55,438 nucleotides of DNA from an uncultured virus (IMG/VR IMGVR_UViG_3300046467_003049) (IMGVR_UViG_3300046467_003049); one strand, 5' to 3'. Counted from the first letter of the stretch, positions 19,047 through 28,802 are shown. Translations and numbers: made by a program. The notes: generated from the letters alone by a model not told the origin.

Positions 19047-19180
19047 CGGTGTCAAGTGCAGTGTATCCAGACATAGAACACATAACCTTAACAAACTCAA
19101 GTTACCGCAAGGCAGTCTGTTTCATTGTCATCATGATCGCCAACCGATACAGCAAAAAATACACTGCATAAGGAATTAAA

Positions 19181-19402
19181 ATGTTAAACACATCAGCACT
19201 GCCGACAAAGGTTATTGACGATCTTAAATCAAGAGGCCACTCGTTAGAAATAATCAACCAAATGACGCCCAAAAAAGCATTTGATGAATATTGCAATTGG
19301 AACGGTCTGATCGGCTGGGGCGACCACTTATGGAATATGATGCATAAAATCAAAGTATCAGAAGACATTTCACCTAACAACAACGAAATTAACACGGACT
19401 AA
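19181..19402 (+). CDS. hypothetical protein
   Basis: AAGGA SD. Confidence 0.7.
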   Translation: MLNTSALPTKVIDDLKSRGHSLEIINQMTPKKAFDEYCNWNGLIGWGDHLWNMMHKIKVSEDISPNNNEINTD

Positions 19403-19407
19403 ACAAT

Positions 19408-19674
19408 ATGAAGCCAATTAAAGAAAAAAATCAAACCAACGTTGATCCTGAAAAAGTTGAAACAAAACACACGCGCTATGATGAAAAGCGGAAAAACTTA
19501 TCTCGCCTGCCAAGCTCTCGCATTAAAGACAAAAGCAAAGCCCAAGGAATGGAAGATCTTTATGCTCTAGATGAAGCCGAATCAAAGCTTAATATGATTG
19601 CTGATGCGGCATTGTTTGCTCTTAAAAATAAAGCCGAATTCAAAAAGTTCAGAGAGAACTTAAACAAAAGTTAA
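19408..19674 (+). CDS. small basic protein, candidate ribbon-helix-helix-like repressor
   Basis: YDEKRKNLSRL motif similar to 24482..24712; last gene of the GTCGGA-operator cluster; fold is inference. Confidence 0.55.
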   Translation: MKPIKEKNQTNVDPEKVETKHTRYDEKRKNLSRLPSSRIKDKSKAQGMEDLYALDEAESKLNMIADAALFALKNKAEFKKFRENLNKS

Positions 19675-19787
19675 TCACCTGTCCTGGCTGAACAGCTAAC
19701 AACAAAAGGTTATTAGCTATTCGACTAAAAAACAAACTTGTCCCACGCCCCAATAGGGGTTCAGTGCTAAATAGTTTTAAGTACACA

Positions 19788-19824
19788 AAAGCCAACAGAA
19801 CTCTAGAAAATTCTGTTGGCTTTT
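19788..19824. terminator. bidirectional intrinsic terminator
   Basis: AAAAGCCAACAGAA...TTCTGTTGGCTTTT between convergent genes. Confidence 0.75.
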
Positions 19825-19931
19825 TGTGTTAACCAAGATCAGTTCACCCAAAGAAAACCAAAAATTAGACAAAAACATCTTCAGGGAAGGCTATTAACTC
19901 TTCCGTTAACCACCCTGCACAAATAAATTAA

Positions 19932-20390
19932 TTAATCTTCTACACCAAAAAGGTAATGTGCCACCTGACCTTTTTTAAGCTCCTCCGCCTCAACAGTTTC
20001 ATTGCCATTCACACCCATCGTAAGAATTCTCGATGTATGAACATCATCTATACCATCTAAGCAAGTGTAAGCGTGCTTAAAGCCAAAAGACTTATAGAAC
20101 TCCAATGTACAGCCACTAACCCCATCAATAGCAACCAAACGAATTTGAGTCACACTTTCTGGAAGTGAATCAATCCAGTTTTTAAGCATAGATGTACCGA
20201 AACCATTACCTCTTAATGATGCCGGTGTAAAAATCTGCTCTAAATAAGCAACACTTTCTATCACATCACTTTCAATATAAGGAAACGGCTTAAAAATATC
20301 TTCGTAACCCTCTTCAGACAATGGCGCTTTTACTTCATTAAGCTCAGCTATTTTCTTACTGTCTTTTTCGCTTAAAAATTCAATTATCAT
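19932..20390 (-). CDS. GNAT family N-acetyltransferase
   Basis: LRGNGFGTSML acetyl-CoA motif and FYKSFGF motif. Confidence 0.8.
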   Translation of the reverse strand: MIIEFLSEKDSKKIAELNEVKAPLSEEGYEDIFKPFPYIESDVIESVAYLEQIFTPASLRGNGFGTSMLKNWIDSLPESVTQIRLVAIDGVSGCTLEFYKSFGFKHAYTCLDGIDDVHTSRILTMGVNGNETVEAEELKKGQVAHYLFGVED

Positions 20391-20665
20391 AATGATTGCC
20401 TTTGTGGTCGGTTTGCTAAATTATGCACTTATTATATCTGGACTTCCGACCAACATCAAGCACTTTATCTTTTACTTTCCGGTATTACGCACAAGCACAA
20501 CAAAAAACAAAACATTTGACTTTGTCGTGTACACGGGTATAGTGGTTTTAAGAGTTAAGGGCACAGTTTATTTTGGGTGAACCCGTAATCGCTTGTTGCC
20601 ACCGTAACAGATTTCATATTACAGTAGCCACTTTCATTAACCAACTATCACAAGGTATACAAACC

Positions 20666-20851
20666 ATGACTTATAATGAACTTTCAGACGAAGCTAAATC
20701 AACATTAAAAGGAATGGTTGAATTCTGCATTAATAAAGGCTACTCCATGGGGATGGACGAAGGAATAATACAACACAAAGAAGATGGCAAGCCTGAAATT
20801 AAACACCCCTTCAGAAAAGAGTTAGAAGCTTTTTGCACTACCCCCAATTAA
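20666..20851 (+). CDS. hypothetical protein
   Basis: ATG after CACAAGG; CGTGTACACG promoter upstream. Confidence 0.65.
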   Translation: MTYNELSDEAKSTLKGMVEFCINKGYSMGMDEGIIQHKEDGKPEIKHPFRKELEAFCTTPN

Positions 20852-21112
20852 CCTTTGGTGACCATTAAATGACCGTCAAACATATACCAAGGAGCATGAA
20901 GCTTCCGCAGCGCAAGAATAAGTGGAAAAGACACCGTGGAAAGTCAAACTCCTACAGTGAACATTTGCTCATGCGTAAAGGTTACACCATGCCCAACAAA
21001 CTGCTTTGTGCAATATAAATCATTAGCAAAAAAGATTGACATAGATTGTCATTATGATAATATTATTTTATTGGGATTCGTCTCAACTTAATTTTAAATA
21101 AGGTACAATTAT

Positions 21113-21481
21113 ATGTTCAAAAAAGTTCACGGCGTTATTGGTTCATGCGTAGTAATCGCAAGTGCTATTGCCATCCTCACCATTGGTCTATCAAGTTCAA
21201 AAGCTTCTAACTTTCAGCGCGTAGCCACTTCATGCACCGTATCAGGGGATGACAAATCTTCTGAATGTAATGAATTGCTGAAATTCGGGGTCGAACAAAC
21301 CGCTTATTTCAATGATGAGCAGTATCGAAATGATGTGGATAGAATGTACATCAGAGCCATCGAAAACAACGCAAATATAGCACCCAAGATAGCTCAGTTC
21401 ACGCTAGACTATGGCGTAAAGAAAAACGTCAAATTCGTCGCTAAAGTATACGAAAAACTCCATCAGCTAACAGAAGACTAG
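21113..21481 (+). CDS. exported or membrane-anchored hypothetical protein
   Basis: N-terminal hydrophobic segment; TCATWATGA promoter at 21036-21064. Confidence 0.75.
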   Translation: MFKKVHGVIGSCVVIASAIAILTIGLSSSKASNFQRVATSCTVSGDDKSSECNELLKFGVEQTAYFNDEQYRNDVDRMYIRAIENNANIAPKIAQFTLDYGVKKNVKFVAKVYEKLHQLTED

Positions 21482-21629
21482 CACTTATCGATCTAGCGAA
21501 GGGAACAAATTTTTTCCTTCGCTAACGCCATCAAAAATATCACTGGTTGTTGAAATTATATTAACAAATATTACTTGCTTTTATCGTGTACACGAGTATA
21601 ATAAAGTCATACTCAAAAAGAAGAGAAAC

Positions 21630-21701
21630 ATGAAAGGTTACACTCAAGAGCAACTTGCTACTCTAAAAAATGAAATAGATCTGCTTATTGCTACACGCTA
21701 A
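21630..21701 (+). CDS. possible 23-aa peptide
   Basis: First ATG after a CGTGTACACG promoter; MKGYTQEQLATLKNEIDLLIATR. Confidence 0.4.
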   Translation: MKGYTQEQLATLKNEIDLLIATR

Positions 21702-21741
21702 TTAACACACCACTAAACGATAATTTAAGGATATTGCTACC

Positions 21742-21951
21742 ATGGCGAATACTGAAAAAGCAAAAGGTTACGCAGGGGTTTTACTTGTTCTTGAGGACAA
21801 TGAATTACTCAGTATGAAACTATTTCACGAGTTCAAGAAAAACATCGCCAGTGATTGCGGTGTTAGCGACAAGGAATTAGACAAAATAATGGAAGACGCC
21901 AAAAGCGAAATTCACTTTGACTCTAGTAGTGTATTTGTTCACTGGAAATAA
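21742..21951 (+). CDS. hypothetical protein
   Basis: AAGGA SD. Confidence 0.65.
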   Translation: MANTEKAKGYAGVLLVLEDNELLSMKLFHEFKKNIASDCGVSDKELDKIMEDAKSEIHFDSSSVFVHWK

Positions 21952-22074
21952 TACACTGCCACTATAACTAGCCGCATTTGTTGCGGCTTTCTTTGTCTGG
22001 AATTTGAAAATAAACCTTGCTTTTTGTCGTGTACACGATATAATGTAATCATAATCAACAACCAAGGCAAACAC

Positions 22075-22602
22075 ATGAGCAATCCAATTGTAGCTGGCAT
22101 TATCAATCTGAAAACTGGCGAAATCACTGACACGACCACACTTAACAAAGAAAAAACAGCTATACGCTTAAAAGTGCGCAATGAGTTAGGTTGTAAGCAT
22201 GGCCGTGGGGACTTCATGGCTTTTGAATTCGGCACAATGTGCAGTATGGACTACTACAGCAGACAGATGATCAATAAGTGCCCAAGTGCATTTAGAGGCC
22301 TTCAAATCTTAAGCACCAAATACCGAATCGCTGAAAGCAACCGGTATGTAGAAAGAACTAAAGTTGAATTGGAATTGGCTGAATCTGTGTCTGATGAGTG
22401 TGCCGCGCTTTATCAGTCTGAAGAAAACAAAAACAAACTAACTTACATTAGTGAATTAACGGAAAGTGGGATACATGAAGCTAAAGAAAACCTTGATGAT
22501 GCCAAGTCAACATTGAATAGTCGTTTACGTGCTCTTCAAAAACTAATAGATCTGCAAAGCTCAGACGAAAAAACAACAGAAAACCAAAATATATCTGGCT
22601 AA
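22075..22602 (+). CDS. hypothetical protein
   Basis: Start trimmed to ATG after AAGG; CGTGTACACG promoter. Confidence 0.75.
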   Translation: MSNPIVAGIINLKTGEITDTTTLNKEKTAIRLKVRNELGCKHGRGDFMAFEFGTMCSMDYYSRQMINKCPSAFRGLQILSTKYRIAESNRYVERTKVELELAESVSDECAALYQSEENKNKLTYISELTESGIHEAKENLDDAKSTLNSRLRALQKLIDLQSSDEKTTENQNISG

Positions 22603-22674
22603 CCATTGACGCCCTTGCAAGTATTGAGGGGCATCAAACTTATGCGTAAATTAATTAAAGAGGACGTTTTAACC

Positions 22675-23106
22675 ATGGAATTATCAGTAACAGAGCAAGT
22701 CGGTAATTTAGAACGCAAAGCAGAACGTTTTGATGATGCAGTAGACCGTATTATGGATTTAAAACTTTGGGTTGAAAATTTTGAAAGTGGTGACGTTTCT
22801 CATCATGGCGTTATCAACAAGGTTAAAAGTCTTATTAGCTTCTACGAATCAAGCTCACGCGCTTGGATTGCCAAAATAGAAGAACAAGGTTATCAACAAG
22901 GTGAACTTGAGAAGTATTTTGATAGTAAGTTCAACGGCGAAAAAATCATTACAGTAAAAGCCACACGGGATGGTGAAGTGTTCGCCAACACCGAAAGTGG
23001 CCAGCACTTAATAGGCCGCATGGAAGATGATCATGACTATAAGCAAGGCTTAGATTATATATTGTGCGGATTGCAATTCACAGAAGGTTTAGAACTAATA
23101 AAATAG
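22675..23106 (+). CDS. hypothetical protein
   Basis: GAGGA SD before MELSV. Confidence 0.7.
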   Translation: MELSVTEQVGNLERKAERFDDAVDRIMDLKLWVENFESGDVSHHGVINKVKSLISFYESSSRAWIAKIEEQGYQQGELEKYFDSKFNGEKIITVKATRDGEVFANTESGQHLIGRMEDDHDYKQGLDYILCGLQFTEGLELIK

Positions 23107-23183
23107 CTTAACTTTAGAATAGGAAGCGGAAATGACAAGTACATCAAACATATCTTATGAGGTTGAGCTGTCGCAGATGAGAG

Positions 23184-23438
23184 ATGTTGTCTGGGTACAT
23201 GCTTCAGATGGCTCTACCACAGGTAGATTTGGGAAGTTTGGGGGTTGACCTACATAACACGAACACCGAACAATTAGATGGTAAACCTCAATGTCGTCTA
23301 TGCACTCATGGAAAGGTATCTAAATTGGATTGGGAACTGTTTAGAGAAAAAGCTCTTGAATGGTGGGGTGTAAACATTCCCGATAACGCTTTTAATCAAA
23401 AACTATTAACACAGGAAACACCATATGAAATATCGTAA
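23184..23438 (+). CDS. hypothetical protein
   Basis: ORF track; start uncertain. Confidence 0.5.
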   Translation: MLSGYMLQMALPQVDLGSLGVDLHNTNTEQLDGKPQCRLCTHGKVSKLDWELFREKALEWWGVNIPDNAFNQKLLTQETPYEIS

Positions 23439-23760
23439 AAGTTATTTTAGCTCACTTAATGCTACCGACTACGCCAAGCTTTCCTATTTTGAGTTACTGA
23501 TAAATGACTTAACTGGTTGGTATTTTGATTGGTTTTTACAAGACGTCATGAATATGACTACAAGGGACTGGCTAAAATTACCATGCATTATATTTGTTGT
23601 TTTTCACCCCCTTTTTACTTGGTTTCAGTATAAACGCATTAAAGATATGGCAGAAAAAAACAAGGCAGAAAATGGTAGGTTTGTTAGTTATTCAAATGTT
23701 TATATTTATTGGCGAGATATTAGCGACTTTAATGAAACACCAAACAGTTATTTAAAATAG
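23425..23760 (+). CDS. hypothetical membrane-associated protein
   Basis: AGGA SD; one hydrophobic segment. Confidence 0.65.
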   Translation: MKYRKSYFSSLNATDYAKLSYFELLINDLTGWYFDWFLQDVMNMTTRDWLKLPCIIFVVFHPLFTWFQYKRIKDMAEKNKAENGRFVSYSNVYIYWRDISDFNETPNSYLK

Positions 23761-23768
23761 GAAAACAC

Positions 23769-23897
23769 ATGAATCACTTATCGCAATACCCAGTTATTGG
23801 TGCTCTTATTTTCATTCTTGTCGTTGTAGTCCCAATTGCCTTGGCAGTAAGCAAGAAAAAGAAACAAGACAACATTAACAAAGCCGACTCACAATAA
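23769..23897 (+). CDS. 42-aa single-pass membrane protein (not in ORF track)
   Basis: AGGA SD; VIGALIFILVVVVPIALAV followed by SKKKK. Confidence 0.6.
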   Translation: MNHLSQYPVIGALIFILVVVVPIALAVSKKKKQDNINKADSQ

Positions 23898-24018
23898 CCT
23901 AGCAAGATAAAATGTGCCGTAGAGTGTTTTAAAACATTCTACGGATAAGCATAAATATACCTTGCTTTTTTCGTGTACACGAGTATAATAGCTTTATACT
24001 TTAAAAGGAAAATTCACA

Positions 24019-24480
24019 GTGACCATTTCATTCTCGAACGTCAAAACACTTAGCGATTTATGCAAACTCTTAGATGAGCATGACGCTGATCAGGTGTTTG
24101 TCTACAAAGCATCTTATGGCCATATCAATAATGCTGAAATGCATCGCCTGAAGAATCAATACATTGATGCACGAAAAGCTATCTTCAATTATTTGAATGA
24201 TGAATCTGTTATGGACACACCATTGAATGAAGCACGTGATGCAGAACATGGCTGGGACGGTATAACAACAGTGCGAGACATAGCCCTGGTTTGCCAAAAC
24301 GAAGGTTTCGAATATGGCCTCCTCCATAAATCTGGGTTCTTAGGTGTTGATGATCCTATTGTACATCAATTAATTCGAGCTTATTCTGATGCACACTGCG
24401 AATTACTTAAATTTTTAAACGTTGACTTTATGCAAACGACACCATCCGTGTTCGTTCCGATGAGCCAAACTGGAAGCTAA
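24019..24480 (+). CDS. hypothetical protein with internal two-fold similarity
   Basis: GTG start after a CGTGTACACG promoter; H.L...Y.DA in both halves. Confidence 0.75.
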   Translation: MTISFSNVKTLSDLCKLLDEHDADQVFVYKASYGHINNAEMHRLKNQYIDARKAIFNYLNDESVMDTPLNEARDAEHGWDGITTVRDIALVCQNEGFEYGLLHKSGFLGVDDPIVHQLIRAYSDAHCELLKFLNVDFMQTTPSVFVPMSQTGS

Positions 24481-24481
24481 A

Positions 24482-24712
24482 ATGAAAAAACAAAGCAAAA
24501 ACAAAACAACAAAACCCAAACCCAAAAGCCTTAAAGACAGCAAATACAACGAAAAGCGCATACCGCTCTTTCGTATTGAAATTGTTCAATCTGATAACGC
24601 TGAGCTGTTAAAGCAAATCAAAGAAGATCTCATCGCAAAATCGGGTAAGCCAAAACAAGGCATTATAGAAATGCATGAATTCGCTAAAAAGCATGGCTAC
24701 TTTAACGAATAG
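24482..24712 (+). CDS. small basic protein, candidate ribbon-helix-helix-like repressor
   Basis: KYNEKRIPLFRIEI then two helical-looking segments; co-transcribed from a CGTGTACACG promoter; fold is inference. Confidence 0.55.
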   Translation: MKKQSKNKTTKPKPKSLKDSKYNEKRIPLFRIEIVQSDNAELLKQIKEDLIAKSGKPKQGIIEMHEFAKKHGYFNE

Positions 24713-24722
24713 GGAATAAACA

Positions 24723-24875
24723 ATGAAATCTGTAAGATTAGCAACATTAACCAGAATATTAGGTAAGGTTGAAGATGTGCCTTTAACGGCTATGCAAAAA
24801 CGCTTATTAAGAAAACCCAATAAAGCAAAAATTAACATGAGTGCCATGCCAAGAGCATTTATCGCCCAAAAATAG
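24723..24875 (+). CDS. 50-aa basic hypothetical protein (not in ORF track)
   Basis: AGGGA SD; MKSVRLATLTRILGK... Confidence 0.5.
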   Translation: MKSVRLATLTRILGKVEDVPLTAMQKRLLRKPNKAKINMSAMPRAFIAQK

Positions 24876-24951
24876 AAAATAGTCCTTGTTTTTATCGTGT
24901 ACACGAGTATAATGTTTTGCATAGAAACAAAAAACATAAGCAAGGAATAAT

Positions 24952-25311
24952 ATGATCAAGAAATCTTTTACGGAATTAGCAACAGACTATCTTTTAAGTC
25001 AAACTAATACCACTTTGACTGATGAGTCTGGAGAGAAAATACATCAAGATCTGTCTGTCTTTATGGTGAGTTCTTATTATGATGTTAGTGTTGAAGAGGC
25101 AAGAAACTTTCGTCTTGCTAATGGCACACTTGTAAAGGATATTGCAAAAAAAGCAACCACATTGGTTATGAAGTATTTGGGTGATTCTAATGAAGCAACT
25201 ATAGAACCTAAACACTTTAAATGCTTAGTTAAAGATTTTCATGACCGATCTGAAGAAGCATTTAAAAAGAATATTTGGAGTCCAGATAAACTTATTGCGA
25301 GTAGGGAATAA
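24952..25311 (+). CDS. hypothetical protein
   Basis: CGTGTACACG promoter, AAGGA SD. Confidence 0.75.
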   Translation: MIKKSFTELATDYLLSQTNTTLTDESGEKIHQDLSVFMVSSYYDVSVEEARNFRLANGTLVKDIAKKATTLVMKYLGDSNEATIEPKHFKCLVKDFHDRSEEAFKKNIWSPDKLIASRE

Positions 25312-25559
25312 ACATGCGCCCATACAAAGACCAATTCACACCATCACTAATGTCATTAATCGAAATGATTGAGTGGATGAATATGTACCCAATCGAAGTG
25401 GCTGAGCTACAACGAAAGCTAGTATAAACTCACCAATCGCCCTGCTCAAATCAGACAACACTCTTGCTAAAAAAAGATGCAATCTATAGAACAAAACCCT
25501 TGCTAAAGTCGGACATCCGACTTGTAATAGATTCATCAATTAGGAAAAGGGCTATCGCA

Positions 25560-25775
25560 ATGGGCATAGCAACAGTAGTACCAAATGAACACGGAGACTT
25601 TGAAGTACAAGTGGATGGCAAGTGCGTCAAAGATGGCGTGATCGACACAGAGCGCGTATTTACTAATGAGACTGACGCTAAGAGCCATGCACTTAAAAAA
25701 CTAGCGCAAGAAGAAGATGTCTTGTTGCAAAAGCTTGAAAACTTACGATGCACTAAAAACAAGCTTCAGGGTTAA
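25560..25775 (+). CDS. hypothetical protein
   Basis: Start trimmed because a promoter with palindromic GTCGGACATCCGAC lies at 25500-25528. Confidence 0.65.
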   Translation: MGIATVVPNEHGDFEVQVDGKCVKDGVIDTERVFTNETDAKSHALKKLAQEEDVLLQKLENLRCTKNKLQG

Positions 25776-25824
25776 TGTTTGCCTTGTTTAACTGGCATTA
25801 CCTAAAATAACCGAGTTACATCAC

Positions 25825-26031
25825 ATGAACATTGAAAGACTAACCAATCACATTAAATCACTAAGCGATGCTGAAAAGCATGTTTTCATGAAAGATGTGG
25901 CACTGGAAGTGAATAAGATGCATAAACGCATGGAGAAGGCTCTTAAACGCGAGTTAGAGACGACTTCTCACTGTAGCCGAGCGTTACTCACTACTTTGTA
26001 CGCAAACTCATTTAAAGCGACTAAGAGCTAA
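25825..26031 (+). CDS. hypothetical protein, possibly truncated by a nonsense change
   Basis: Frame continues NDAVEMLKVAVKVIL* after the TAA. Confidence 0.5.
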   Translation: MNIERLTNHIKSLSDAEKHVFMKDVALEVNKMHKRMEKALKRELETTSHCSRALLTTLYANSFKATKS

Positions 26032-26105
26032 AATGACGCGGTTGAAATGTTAAAGGTGGCCGTTAAAGTTATTCTGTAAATCGGATAACTTTGTTTACGA
26101 CACAA

Positions 26106-26734
26106 AAAAAAGGGCTATCACAGCAAGCCATTAACCTTTCGTGTTCATGGCAAAGTTGAATTCCTTTTTTGTCCTTTGGTTTGAGAGAGTATTGATGGAC
26201 ATATATAATTCCATCAATACGGAGTTATGGCTGATAGATAACAACAGTGTGTTCTTCGCCCTTAAGCTCCTCGCTTATTATTGTTGATATGACATCCCAA
26301 TCTCCTCCTGCCAATCCTGCCCCAATTAGAGGATATCCAATCCTTTTGCCAGAAAAGTTTTGTTTTATGAGTTTCATAACATTTCTGATTGCATCGTAAT
26401 CAGCGTTACGACCTTTGCCAGCCCAATGATATTGAGTATAAGCATTAACAATGGTGAAATTTCCCGTATCAGCCTTGCTGTATGTACCGAGCTTATTTTT
26501 TTCACCCTTAGCTGTTTCTAAGTCGGCTTTATACGCCTCTGGAAACTTGTTTTTAATTGTTAAAGCAATCCCTTTTCCCATTTGGCAAAAGCAGTTACAG
26601 CCGTGAATTATTACGTCAAAATTTCCATCTTCTGCAAACTGCAAAAGATCGCCTTTTAATGTTTTCATTTTATAATTGTTCCTCTAAAAATATGCACACG
26701 AAAGTTTAATGGCTTGCTGTGATAGCCCTTTTTT
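26106..26734. repeat. 43-bp inverted repeat (26106-26148 / 26692-26734) enclosing the macro-domain gene
   Basis: AAAAAAGGGCTATCACAGCAAGCCATTAACCTTTCGTGTTCAT, 2 mismatches between arms. Confidence 0.9.
26225..26668 (-). CDS. macro domain (ADP-ribose binding/hydrolase) protein
   Basis: GDL...IIHGCNCFCQMGKGIA and YPLIGAGLAGGDW motifs. Confidence 0.9.
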   Translation of the reverse strand: MKTLKGDLLQFAEDGNFDVIIHGCNCFCQMGKGIALTIKNKFPEAYKADLETAKGEKNKLGTYSKADTGNFTIVNAYTQYHWAGKGRNADYDAIRNVMKLIKQNFSGKRIGYPLIGAGLAGGDWDVISTIISEELKGEEHTVVIYQP

Positions 26735-26779
26735 AGTGTTTTTGATAACTCACATTATCATTTTGAATAAACCACTAAT

Positions 26780-26992
26780 TTAACTAGCACAAGGACTAAG
26801 ACCACTTTCCTTAGTATAAACCACGCAACCTGAATTTAGCGTATTGTCCATATCGACAACATCTACTTTCTTAAGTGCGTTATACAAATCACCGAAAACA
26901 CTATTCTGAGCTGAGTACTCATCATGATCGTTCGATTCCATCATAAGTGCATGTAATTTTTCTGCAAAAACTGCTTTGCCTGCTGTATCCAT
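26780..26992 (-). CDS. hypothetical protein
   Basis: Own TTGACA-17-TATAAT promoter. Confidence 0.7.
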   Translation of the reverse strand: MDTAGKAVFAEKLHALMMESNDHDEYSAQNSVFGDLYNALKKVDVVDMDNTLNSGCVVYTKESGLSPCAS

Positions 26993-27037
26993 GATTGTCG
27001 CCTTTTTGTAGTTGATGGTTTATATAACCTAGAACCA

Positions 27038-27065
27038 ATTATACACGTCTAGAGGTGTATGTCAA
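27038..27065 (-). promoter_or_regulatory. consensus sigma70 promoter with a 20-bp palindrome over the spacer
   Basis: TTGACATACACCTCTAGACGTGTATAAT; ATACAC-G-TCTAGA-G-GTGTAT at 27041-27060. Confidence 0.7.
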
Positions 27066-27141
27066 CTGTCAGCACACAAAAAAGAGGCTGCAATAGCCCC
27101 TCTCCCTTATACTTTAACAACAATAAAGCTAACCGAACGCA

Positions 27142-28161
27142 CTACCCCGCTTTTTTCAGTTCATCATTACATCTGATAGCATATATTTTTAACTCATCAA
27201 GCATGTTAACACCCTTGTTTGGTCCACTAACGCTAACATCTCTAAAACCACGAGTGCTTAAGCCGTACTTCTCGATCTCATCTGTATAACAGTAACTCGT
27301 TTGCATAACACCATTTACATGCTCACTGCCGCTTTTACCGTACAAAGTCACTAGTGCTAGTGATAAACTCACTTTATCCGCTACCGTATCATGCGTATAA
27401 AATTCAAATCGTGCACAACCTAACGCTGTAAAGGCATCTTCAACAGACCAACTACCATCAGTCGATAGGCGATCTTCAGCAAGAATACCCTTGATTCGCC
27501 CAATTGGATCTGAATAAATATCATCAAAATCGTTCAACAGCGGAGAAATAAAATACTTCTTACATTTTACCTGTTTGTCCGTTTCAAATATCGCACTTTT
27601 ATCAATAAAAGGCATTAGCGCATCATCAAACTGAGATATCAGCGACGAAGGGAATACAATGGCAATTTTTGCACTGTACGTATAACGAGAATGCTCAGGG
27701 TTGTCCTTGCGGATCACGTCTAATATTTGCACATCGCCTTTTTGCTCTAACGCTTCAAGTGCCGACATGACTTTTTCAACATCATTATCGAACATCACAG
27801 TAATTGTACAGGCCATATCGTAAAACCCAGTACCACCCGCTTCAGTGAACGCATTCACAGACTCGATATATTCAGACGTTAGACGTTCATGTAATACATC
27901 TCTAGACTCTTGAACCGGCATGTGAGACATAATCTCATCTTTTAAAACCATTAATCGCGCTGTCACGTCAGCTTGTAAACCCAAAGGCATATCATCTGCA
28001 AGAGAATTAACAGTCGAAAACTCATCATTCACATTTTCAACAGCCTTAGCTATCGCATTACCAACACCAGAAACACTATCACCAAAATGGCTCGCCTTCA
28101 CTTCTGCAAAAGACGACTGATAAAGACCTGCTAATTGATGGATTAATGTCTCGCGATTCAT
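27142..28161 (-). CDS. hypothetical protein (339 aa)
   Basis: Long ORF with TCATWATGA promoter. Confidence 0.8.
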   Translation of the reverse strand: MNRETLIHQLAGLYQSSFAEVKASHFGDSVSGVGNAIAKAVENVNDEFSTVNSLADDMPLGLQADVTARLMVLKDEIMSHMPVQESRDVLHERLTSEYIESVNAFTEAGGTGFYDMACTITVMFDNDVEKVMSALEALEQKGDVQILDVIRKDNPEHSRYTYSAKIAIVFPSSLISQFDDALMPFIDKSAIFETDKQVKCKKYFISPLLNDFDDIYSDPIGRIKGILAEDRLSTDGSWSVEDAFTALGCARFEFYTHDTVADKVSLSLALVTLYGKSGSEHVNGVMQTSYCYTDEIEKYGLSTRGFRDVSVSGPNKGVNMLDELKIYAIRCNDELKKAG

Positions 28162-28256
28162 GATAGTTCTCTCGTATTTATTTAGTATTTGTTTAATATT
28201 TATTTAATACAGCTACTCTACTTCATTATGATAATTTGTCAATCATTATTTTTCAA

Positions 28257-28714
28257 TTAAGACTGCTTTTCAACAAGCTCAACCGGCACTTCAACGGATG
28301 CACCCAATTTAGACGCAACATAAGCACGTAAACCAGCAACCAACATAGTTTTACCCTCAAATCGTTTAGTGCGTAAATGCACCTCATAAGACAGCTTGCC
28401 ATAACGCTCACCACCCGCTGCCGTCTTTGCAGTCCAGGACACATCTCGAAGAGTGCCACTGTCACGACTTGTCATTGCAAACCATTTACCATCATTTTAC
28501 GCAAAGAAATACCTTCGCGATCAAGAATAGGCGCACCCTGCTCAAAGCATTCCGATGGCGCATACAAACAATCATCAACGAAATGGCCACCTACACAAAA
28601 CAAATCACCATCTCGAATTTCAACGTCAACCTTATCCAACTCACACAGCGAAACAGCATAGTTAAGTGATGAATCGATTAAATCAACAACAAGAACAGGT
28701 ACAGTGCTTGACAT
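28257..28714 (-). pseudogene. DUF2591/NinX-like phage protein split into two ORFs (28472..28714 and 28257..28475)
   Basis: LNYAV...YAPS..FEQGAPILDREGI in the first ORF, W.A...GKTMLVAGLRAYVASKLG.VEVP in the second; ATGA overlap; family recognised from motif memory. Confidence 0.6.
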
Positions 28715-28802
28715 AATAATTACCTACGTTTTTTTATAAATAGTGAAACAGAGATGTTAAAATAGCGCTAGGGAGCCATTAAGCCCCCTAGTCGCTTTCA
28801 AT

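Larger units (their letters stand above)
5264..25528. promoter_or_regulatory. promoter family 3 (9 copies): TTGCA-like -35, GTCGGANNTCCGAC palindrome, TATAAT/TATAGT
   Basis: Core GGACNTCC at 5273, 15807, 16198, 16870, 17478, 18084, 18665, 20440, 25511. Confidence 0.85.
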
